Part shown: positions 54,345 to 64,000 of the stretch, piece by piece
How positions within the stretch are numbered: position 1 is the stretch's first letter
Layout: each line of letters starts with the position of its first letter
Origin: Felis catus
Lineage: Eukaryota
Direction: 5' to 3'
Length of the DNA: 64,000 nt
Assembly (NCBI RefSeq): GCF_018350175.1
Contig: NC_058368.1
Span: 12,152,001 to 12,216,000 of the forward strand
Translations under genes and position numbers: made by a program
The notes under the pieces: generated by a model
Databases searched by the model: none
What the model was told of the DNA's origin: nothing
Seen by the model: only the letters and a program-made list of their open reading frames with translations

Positions 54345-54853
54345 TCCTGACCTTTTTCCTATTCATTTACTTTGAAATGATTATGCACACACATCAGCTG
54401 TTCACCATTTGCACTTCTCAGTGTCGTAAGACTGGATTTCACTTATCTGACTTCTAGAAAAAAAATGTGTGGCGTATGACAGAGGTATGGAAGTGAGCAT
54501 AGGTGATTGTAAAATACTGAATAATGTGAATAGTGCCTGGATTTGTTCTTTCTTGGAGGATGATCAAAGACGGTTAGGGGCCATCATCTCTGCAACACAT
54601 TCTGTAACAAATGTATGGGAAGTGGGACCCATTCTGGAACATTTTTATAGAAATTGAATAGCAAGATCAGTGCCCGTTCCTAAATTATCTTGAAGTAAAA
54701 CAAATGTGGAAATAAAAAGTTAAGTCCCAAATAACCATCTCTAAACTTCCATGATATGCCTAATGGCCTCTGTTGGACCCAGTTTCCCTTGAAAAAGAAA
54801 TGGTAGAATATTAGAGACATGACAGAGGGCCCTACGCTAGAACGTTCCTTTTA

Positions 54854-55078
54854 TTTTTTTTTTTAATTTTTTTCAATGTTTTTATTTATTTTTGGGACAG
54901 AGAGAGACAGAGCATGAACGGGGGAGGGGCAGAGAGAGAGGGAGGCACAGAATCGGAAACAGGCTCCAGGCTCCGAGCCATCAGCCCAGAGCCCGACGCG
55001 GGGCTCGAACTCACGGACCGCGAGATCGTGACCTGGCTGAAGTCGGACGCTTAACCGACTGCGCCACCCAGGCGCCCC
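54854..55078 (-). mobile_element. Young felid SINE (SINEC_Fc type) in the KL 3'UTR
   Basis: CpGs retained. Perfect TSD TAGAACGTTCCTTTTA at 54838-54853 and 55079-55094. Confidence 0.96.
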
Positions 55079-56496
55079 TAGAACGTTCCTTTTAAAAGCA
55101 GTGTTGCTATCAAATGCTGCTAATATTAATTTACATATCTGGTTAATGATGTACTTAGCAGAGCAAATTGTAGAATTTTATTTTATGTGACTTTCAAGGC
55201 ACTTTTCAGGCCCTGGGGTCCTTGAGGGTTTTGTGTCACTGGGGCCTTATCAAGGGTCTGTACATAGAGGGCTTTAAATGTTTGCAGAAAAATAAATATG
55301 AATCATGAGATGTTGGACTCTTCAGGAAGCATAAACCGATCGTGCAATGCATTATACTGCGTGGCGAGGAGGAAAGGAGGAAAAAGTGCATATTACGAGC
55401 AACAGTATGATTAATTTGATTAGAAACCCTTTGATTTTAGAGCACTCCTTTCAATGAATGATGTGACCTTTCCTGAGTGAATAAGAACGAAATAATCACT
55501 CATCCTATGAAGAGTGACTTCACTTGCTGTTCTTTAGAAAGTGCCCTGATTTGTTTGAATCGAGTTTTTAAAAATTCTTACTAGGTTCGCATTTGGTCTG
55601 ATAACACTGGAAGATTTATTTCTGTGATCGCTAAGGTTTATTTTCTATTTTTGCTGCACCTTCTGTGGAACTAGCTTTGAGGTAGTTTTGCTTTGAACTT
55701 TCACACTGAAACATGCTACTGATTTCTAGAAAGGGCTAATGAGGTCTTATCTTTTAATGCCCCTTAAACAAGTTTTGCTGATTTTCAGACAGGGGTCTTT
55801 CTATGACACTGGAGTTGTGGACGATCATAATGTTTGTGTTATAGATAAGCCAGTATCGTATCAGGCAAGGTAAACCACTATCGTATCAGGCATAACTAAT
55901 CTTGCCGACACAGGGTTATAGTGTATAATAAAATGTTGTACTGTATTATGTATCATCTTTAGAGGTGGTGTGATTTTTTTCCGTGAAAGATAAGCTTTTG
56001 TTGGTATTCTTTTAAAAATTGGACTTATTATTAAAATTAGAAACTAGAGAACAATAGTTTCTCTTATGTATATATATTTTTCTGATTATAAGAGTAATAT
56101 ATATTCATTGTAAAAAAATTTTAAAAACACAGAAACTATACGTAAAGAGAAAAAATTACCTGTCATCGCACCCAGGTAGTCACTATTACCGTAGCCTGTG
56201 TATTTTATTTTACATAATTAGAGTCAGATCATATTGTAAATAGTTGTGTATCTTTATTAATTTTTATTGTGCGTTTCCTTTGTCATTAGTCTTCAAAAAC
56301 ATGATTTCTAATAGTTGTAGAGTAATTCCACTATACAAATTTATCACAAGTTATTTAACCATTCCTATCAGTTGAACTAGTTTCTCATTGTAAATTACTG
56401 TTAAATAATGTTGTTTAAAAGTTTTCTTGCTACCATATTAATTTTTATTCCCTTGAGTGTAGACAGAAGCGATTCTGTCCCTTGATGAAGTATTGT

Positions 56497-56502
56497 AATA
56501 AA
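56497..56502 (+). terminator. Probable major polyadenylation signal AATAAA
   Basis: Canonical hexamer preceded by TGTA and followed by T-rich sequence. The context resembles the human KL mRNA end as I recall it. Confidence 0.6.
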
Positions 56503-57354
56503 TCTGCCTGCAACTTTACTGCTTTCATAATCATTTGACTGGCTGCTGGATGAATTTCTTTAAAAAACAGTTTTTTGAGTTGACTGAACTACATAGGCTA
56601 TGAGCAGTGAAGAAACGGGTGGACAGCCAGGGTGGAAGGTGGAAGGGGGTGGAGGCTGCCTCGTGCTCATCCCTGTGGTTCAGCGGAGACTTTCAGACAC
56701 TGAGAAAGCAAAATAGAGGAAGAGCCGAAAGAGACCAAACAGACATGCCAAAGCCTCAAGGAGAAATGACATCTCAAAACCATCCATAGTGAGAGCAGCG
56801 TATTAACATTGAGTCCTCACTGACCTTAGGAGGAGGTCAGTGGCTCCCTACATAGGGAAAGGAGCGAGGGTCCGCCCAGACCGCGGGAGGGGGGAGGGGC
56901 AGGGAGGAGGGGGGAGGGGGAGGGGGGAGGGGGCGGGGCCAGGGGCGGGACTTCCTGTCCACCGCCCTCCTACCGCATCAGTTCTAATATTTTACTCACT
57001 AGTGCTGGGTACTTCACCACTTTGCATATTTTCTTGAAGGTAGAGACTCTTCCTCTGGAACTCCTACACCTCTCATTAGGTTGTGGGGCCAACTCTGCAA
57101 GGGCATTAGGTGGTACTGTGGTTTTCTGAAGCCTTTGGGCTAATTTCTGCCACACTTGTATTTGCTCTGCCTTCGCAGGTCCTCTCTTGGACCCCGGTGT
57201 ACCCCTTGCACTTATGCCCAGTTCCTTTTGCCTGGGTTTGCATGGACGGTTTTTCAGATTCAATACGGACGCTTTTCATTGTATTTTCATCTTCCACAGA
57301 CAAGAATTAGAATCTATTAATGCCTTGGAAGCTTTTCCTTTATACTGTTTATAC

Positions 57355-57682
57355 CAAATGCGGTCCAACACAGAGATAATGCAAGCTGCATATTTTAAAT
57401 TTTCTAGTAGTCACATTAAAAAATTAAAAATGTGGAAAAAATAAAGATTAATGGTATACATTATGTTTCCAACATCATCAAAATATTAACTTCAACAGGT
57501 AATCAATATAAAAATGATTAAGATTTTTACATACTTTTTTTTTTTTTTTTTTACTAAGTCTTAGAAATCTGGTGTGTGTTTTACAAGTATGGCACATCCC
57601 ATGCTCAATTTGGATTAGCCAGACTGTAAGTGCTCAATAGCCACGTGTGGCCTAATGGCTGCTCCACTGGACGGTGCAGGTC
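57355..57682. mobile_element. MER33/MER3-like hAT-Charlie MITE
   Basis: TTTAAATTTTCTAGTAGTCACATTAAAAAA...AAGTGCTCAATAGCCACGTGTGGC...TGGACGGTGCAG. Confidence 0.75.
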
Positions 57683-59199
57683 TGTAAAGAAAGCCTTGCT
57701 CTGCCAAGTAAATTACTAGCATAATTAAGATACCCCAAATATTTAACAAACTAGAAGAATAAACTCTTCAAGAGTCTTCCAGCTCTACAGTCCATGGAAA
57801 TAAATTGGCAAGTAAGTTTACAATTAAGCTAAACTATTGATTAAGCCAAATATTTTTAAACATCTTCAGGGAAGGGAGACTTCTGTAACTAGTTCTGAAT
57901 CTCGCAGTATTTCAGGTGGTGGAATTCAACTGCTCTTGTTTCTACATAAATCTACAATTCCATTTTTTCTCTCATTCAAATTGCCTTTTTCCAACTGAAT
58001 AGAGCAGTTATATTGTCTTGTAGCATCTCCATTGAATATTTAATATTGAGCAATGCTGCTCAAAATTTCTGTCTGGGAAAGAGAATGTTAATTTAGATGA
58101 CATGGACCAACCTTCACAGAGAGCCTTGGTTCTAGAGGGAAATCAGAGGCCGTGTCTTCTTGTTTTGTTTTGATTTTTAGTATTTAGCCCGGAGCCTCCT
58201 ATAAAATATTGTTCAGTAAATGTTGATTCGTTGAATAAATGTATGAATGAATGATGGAATACAGGAATTAACAGAATTAGCTCCCTGACATCACCTTTGT
58301 CCAGAGACACATTTAATAAAGACTGTCAAGAATCCAAAATTGCCATGTGTTAGATGCCACACAGCATCAGTTCTGTGTATCCAGAGGAAGGAACACACGT
58401 TTCCATGTGATAACCTTTGATAGCCTTTCTACGTAACAAAGCAGTAACATAGCTTTCCTAAGTCATCACCCCTAGACCAATCACAGAGTGAGAGGATTAT
58501 AATTTGTTTTCTTTCTTATTCACATTGTCCCTTAGCCAATCAGTATTCTATTTGCAAGTACTGTTATAGGTTAAGTTCTTTATATGCAAATAAGTACCAG
58601 GGAACTCCTCTTCTAGCAGGAACTCCTTTATGTCATCTTGAAATACAATTTCTAAGAATATGTTGCTTTTTTCTCAGATCTGTTATATTTTTCCATTTGT
58701 ATAACCATTAAGTATTGTTAGAGTTTTGTTTGTGGCAGTGCATTTCCTGGGACATTTTTGTTTCATACATTTGTGGTAAATACCCGTTGTTTGATATCAA
58801 GGAGAAAGAGGTCAAGAAAAACCACAAGGAACCTTGAGTAAATGGTGGAAATACTCTACTGCCTGTGATAGGATGCCTACAAATGAAATTTATTTTGTGA
58901 TGTAATTGCTACATACCAGAAAAGGCTTGGTGACTGATATTCCAGCCTCAGTTTGAGAAATAGATTAGAGAAGAAAACAGATTAGAGAAGGAAAAAATGT
59001 CAGCCTACCTATTAATCGGGGCAGAAAGGCAGACAGAAAAGAGTCAGTAGACCTACTTCAAAATGGCACTGAGCCTCAATTTCTTCATCTTTGAAATGGG
59101 AATAATGTCTGTAATAGCAAAGTGTTGAGCATACTAACTATTCAATAAATAAAGCACCTCCACCAGACATGTTTTTCAGGATTGATTCCACTTATTTTT

Positions 59200-59415
59200 C
59201 TTTTTTTTTTCAACGTTTTTATTTATTTTTGGGACAGAGAGAGACAGAGCATGAACGGGGGAGGGGCAGAGAGAGAGGGAGACACAGAATCGGAAACAGG
59301 CTCCAGGCTCCAAGCCAACAGCCCAGAGCCCGTCGCGGGGCTCGAACTCACGGACCGCGAGATCGTGACCTGGCTGAAGTCGGACGCTTAACCGACTGCA
59401 CCACCCAGGCACCCC
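59200..59415 (-). mobile_element. Young felid SINE (SINEC_Fc type)
   Basis: Perfect TSD GATTCCACTTATTTTT at 59184-59199 and 59416-59431. Confidence 0.96.
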
Positions 59416-60884
59416 GATTCCACTTATTTTTAATGTGCGTATGATTTTTTGTTAATCAGATATTCAGAGCTCAGTAAGACCCTAAGTAAGACCAGGGACT
59501 GTTACAGTTAATACAATTCACCCTGAAGTCCCTTCGTGATTTCATTTGTGACTTTGAATAGACATCGTCCTAGGATGCCCATGGGTGAAACCAGACTAAA
59601 AATACGAATCCCCACAGTTACTTAATAATACCAGATTACTTTCTTGGCTGTGAATTTTACGAATGTTGAATTGATAGAATCCCGAACATAATTTGGCAGA
59701 AGATGCTTCTATATCAGTGTGCTCCGCCATCTGCTCTTTGGAAACAATCTAATGACACAGACGGAACACGGAAATTTGTATATTGTTATTGAATAATTGA
59801 AGACCCATTAACTAAATTTTTATGTGATTCAAAAATCCTTGGTAGAGTTTCTAATTTTGCTTATAATCTTTCCATATGCTTATTTTATGGTAAAAACGAA
59901 TTAACTTTTAATGAGCTTATTTATTTTTTATAAATTATTTGCAATGGAAACATTGCTCCTTAATAAATCACTAGGATTTGCTGATTTCCTTTTTTCTGTT
60001 TAAAATCTCAATTGATTAGCTTATACATTTTGGGTTCCTTTCACTATTATAGTAGTTATTGTCTAATGATGACCTTAAGCGTAAACATTGCTTAAGACAT
60101 TTCAACCTGTTTTGATCTCCAGCTGCATGCGAATCAAAGCTTTGGCTAATTTAGTTCCAGGTTATCAGAGTACAAGTTTTATAGTGTTTCAAGGCTGTGT
60201 CATTTAAGACATGAAGGTTTTATCACTCCCCCCCTCCCCCGCCCCGCTTTAAATTATGGGTATTATGAGTCTCCAGTAAGTAGCCCAAAGGCTTCAAAAT
60301 GTAGCATTATCAATAGACAGGGGCAGGAGTGGCAAGCGTAAGCCACAGAGCAGCAAAACAGATACACTTTGAAAAAGATTGACGGGTCAGGTGAAAATAT
60401 TCCATTAGTAGAAGATAACAGATGAGACATGAACATGATTTTATTTCAAACAGTACCATTCTAAAATATCCTGATTCTATCTGTGCCTTCTCCTGGACCT
60501 AATAACCCACCAAAACCAACACAGTGGGGATTACTCGTCCATCAGACTGACAATACCAGAGCTGCGAGATTCTGGCAGTATTCACCTTGAGAGGAAGGAA
60601 GGAGACAAAGGAAGCCAGAAAGCATGGGAAGGGCCTGCAGGACTGGGGAGAGCCCATGAAAGAAACATTGGAAACAATGACAGAATTTTTCCATTAGGGA
60701 ACATTAGAGTGGGCTAAGGTTGGATATTTCTCTTCTACCAGGTCAGCTGGGCATTGATAATAACACGCAAGAAGGTTAGGCCCCGGTTAGCTAGTTTTTC
60801 ATGAAGGTAGGACGTGTTAACAACAGAGTGCTCTCAGCCGCCTGTCCATAAAGCATGACACTCTTGTTCTCTGGGTCGTGAGTT

Positions 60885-61108
60885 TTATTTTAATTTTTTA
60901 AAAATGTTTATTTATTTTTGAGAGAGAGAGACAGAGCGCAAGTGGGGGAAGGGGCAGAGAGACAGAGGGAGACACAGAATCCAAAGCAGGCTCCAGGCTC
61001 TGAGCTGTCAGCACAGAGCCCAACGTGGGGCTCAAACCCACAAACTGTGAAATCAGGACCTGAGCCGAAGTCAGACGCTTAACCAGCTGAGCCACCCAGG
61101 CGCCCCCC
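60885..61108 (-). mobile_element. CAN-SINE
   Basis: SINEC motifs; near-TSD GGGTYGTGAGTTT. Confidence 0.92.
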
Positions 61109-63443
61109 GGGGTTGTGAGTTTGATAGTAGAATTTACATCAAACAAACAAATAAACAAAGTGCTCTGGCATATTCCAAAATCGTTCCTTCTTCTCTCCCC
61201 TTATCAGAAACAATCTCATACTATAACATAAGAACTTGGTAGAGCTCCTGGAGAAAATCTAACCAACTGTGCACCTCCCCCCACTGCCATGACTGGGTCT
61301 CCTTAGAGTTTTTTATTCTTCAAGTTGTCCACACTGAGCCTCCGACAATTCGTGAATTCCTACCCTAGCACTGGTTCTTGAGGTGGTTCCCACCCCTGAG
61401 TCTCTGCTTGGGTACGCCATGACTCCCTGTATTTGTCTGTCTCTCCATTTTGGGGGCAGCGATTTGCTGTGCGCCTTCTCCTCTCTGACAGATCCAAGAA
61501 GAGTTGCTGATTTTTCAGTCTGTTCAGCTTTTTGCTTGTTGTCAGGATGAAGAGGTGACTTCCCTCCCATCCCGTCTACAGAGATAGAGAAAAAAAGGAA
61601 AGGAAATGCTGCCATGTTTATAAAGCAGACTGGGGGTGGGGGTGGGGGAGGTTATCATCAACTTGATTGTGATGCAGTTGTAAAATACAGTCTCTGTCAT
61701 CTCAATGGTCTCTCCAGCCTTGGTCAGGAAGGCACAAATACATAAAGAACCCCAAGGATCATCACTGGTCATATTATGGACATGTGTGAACGGGTGGATC
61801 TGGAATTCTCCAACCTCATCCTAAAAGTCTGGATGACATCATCATCACCACTGTGACTTTGTCAGAGGGAGGTGAAGGCAGTACCTGTGTGATGCTTGCG
61901 TGAATGGCACGGCTATTTTTGAAAGCCTTTATGAATATTGTGCTAACACAGGAATTTATATTTTTATTCACAATATTTTAGACTACAAATGACAAGTGTT
62001 TTATTTCTGGCTACGGTTATACAAGAACAATCTTACAAAAAAGAAAACAATTTGGCAAACAGTGAGTGTTGCAGTGCACTCACCGTGGATGTTTCTTGTT
62101 GGGTATCTCTCTAGCCTTCAACCAGATATGTCTGAAGAAGAATATTCATTTTGTTTCCCTTCAAACTAGCTCTTCTTTCTGTTTCCTTCATTTCCCCCAG
62201 TCCTCCCTGGGGGGACATTTAGCATGAAATTCTATGGATTCTTTTCACTCTGATGTTTCTAGCATCCACCTGGCATTTGACTGTTGAAGTTGTCCTCTTT
62301 GAACTGTTTGCTTAGGCTTCTCCCAGACCCCCTCAATGGTTTTCTGGCTTGTGTCCATTCTGCCCGTCAAACGCCATTTTGATTCAGTTCATTTCTCTCT
62401 TCAAGTGCCTACAGAGGGTGTCCTTGTTCCTCACCATCACCTGGCATTTGCTCTAAATCTCCCTCTGCGTGTCCTCTGACCTGGTCATCCACAACCTGGC
62501 TGAACATTAGGATCAGCACCTACTACCGTCTACTACCAGGATTTGTTTGTCTAATCTCTGCCATCGGATTATAAAGTGCTCTGAGGCAGGTACCTTATTT
62601 GTCTTGTTATTCTCTGGAATGAATATTAATTAGCTAATAAATATTTCTTGTATGAATAAATGCTTGATGAAAAAGGGCTAGAAACTTATTACAGGTGGTT
62701 CTTTAAAAAGAGTTAACTGTTTGTTTGTTTGTTTCCCAGTTACCGAGGCTTAGTTGACCTTTATTACCTGGAGTTTTGCCAGTCAGACTTCTCGAGTCAA
62801 CAACATTTGTGATGATAATTGGTGTTCATAATGATTGCCCTGGGGCTGGACAAAATCTTGAACTGCCTTCTCAGTCATTTAAGAGAAGATCATATTAAGA
62901 TGTTTGTTTCTAGTTAACAGGTTCATTACATGTATCATCATGGATTATCCATTTTAAAAGAATTAAAATAAAAAATTATGATAATATCACACTGAACATT
63001 AATTTTCCTTTGACGATCAGTCCATTCAACAAATAACTAGCACACACTTAATATGTGCAAGTTTATAGAGTTATTACCCAGGAATGTTCTACTCCAGTCA
63101 TATTTATGTATATCTGAAATGCCTTGTGCATCGATTGTGCCAGTAATTGGCATACACTGTGATAGTTCATCAAGTTTTGCCAATAGACGTTTAGCAAAAT
63201 ACGGCTCTTTAAAATAGTGTATTTTGTAGAGCAATTACTAAAAAGTTGCCTATGACGCAACGTTCTATAAATCAAATCCAGCTCTGTGATGTATCTTCAA
63301 GGTACCTTCGAGCAGGTTGGATGCCTATCTAATCTCACTGGTAACTTCGGCCTCGTGGTGGTGTCAGTAGCTCCTCTCCCCACGTCTGCACCGCCCAGGA
63401 GAGATGTAACACTAGGTAAGCAGATTCTAACTGGATGCTTTGA

Positions 63444-63555
63444 GCAGTGGTTCTCAAGCCTGGTGGCACACTGGGATCACCTAGGGAGTTTTAAAAACCA
63501 CTGATGCCTGGTTCCTTTGCAGGGATTCTGACTGGCTGGTGTGGGATGTGGCCCT
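63444..63555. mobile_element. MER5-like hAT-Charlie fragment
   Basis: CAGTGGTTCTCAA...GATCACCTAGGGAGTTTTAAAAA...TGATGCCTGG...GATTCTGA. Confidence 0.65.
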
Positions 63556-64000
63556 GTGTGCCTCTTTCCTGGCTCTAGTGCACATTGGATGGGCTCGCAG
63601 CCTCCCCCAGGTGACCCTGGCCCTGCGGTCCAGGAGCACCTTCTCCTTTCAGCTAGTAGCTCAGGTGAGGCCGTGGCTTTCTGCTGCTGCTACTCCCTGC
63701 GTTTCCTCTCTGTCCCTGCTGGCTTCTCTGCCCTTCCATCACATCTGTAACCAACTCTGTGGATTCCATTCTCCCTTTTGTAAAATCTCAAAGGCGTTCC
63801 TCTTTTCCTTGTTCTGGTTCTCAGAACTTGGAACGTGACTGAGACAGCTGGCAGTGAAGACAGTGAAAACCACGAAGTAAGCGCAAGATGAGACACCCTT
63901 GGACAGCCAACCTTAGTCCTGCCTGGAGGGCAGAAGAAGCCCAGGCAAGAGGGGATGGGGGAGTGGGAAGGACACAAATTTGGTGACCATTTCCAGACCA

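Larger units (their letters stand above)
54345..56530 (+). other. KL: KL 3'UTR (end approximate)
   Basis: AT-rich sequence after the stop, with AATAAA at 54711, 55291, 55927 and 56497. Length resembles the ~2 kb mammalian KL UTR plus one SINE. Confidence 0.65.

Noticed and set aside
56530..64000. Possible exons of a downstream neighbour gene (STARD13 in human synteny)
   Set aside because: No ORF or splice pattern recognisable as such within the window.

Overview
Mammalian genomic DNA, almost certainly from a felid (about 25 tRNA-derived carnivore SINEs, including young SINEC_Fc-type copies). The window holds the complete alpha-Klotho gene (KL) on the + strand. It has a CpG-island promoter (~7.9-9.5 kb) and five coding exons (8625-9449, 45382-45892, 46636-46904, 52351-53452, 54007-54344). 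All introns are GT-AG, and the 3045-nt CDS encodes a 1014-aa type I membrane protein with two degenerate GH1 domains. A second exon-3 donor gives the known 551-aa truncated 'secreted' isoform, and the ~2.2 kb 3'UTR carries a young antisense SINE. The rest is intronic or intergenic sequence filled with SINEs, L1/L2/MIR fragments, ERVL/MaLR LTRs, hAT MITEs and microsatellites. I found no support for a second gene or for a new biological system. The best leads are the unusual KL2 NEP->GEP motif change, the 3'UTR SINE with a near-identical twin downstream, a donor-like site upstream of the start codon, and the frame-symmetric exon 2-3 module. Comparisons to human KL are from memory. Repeat family names come from recognition only, and repeat boundaries are approximate.
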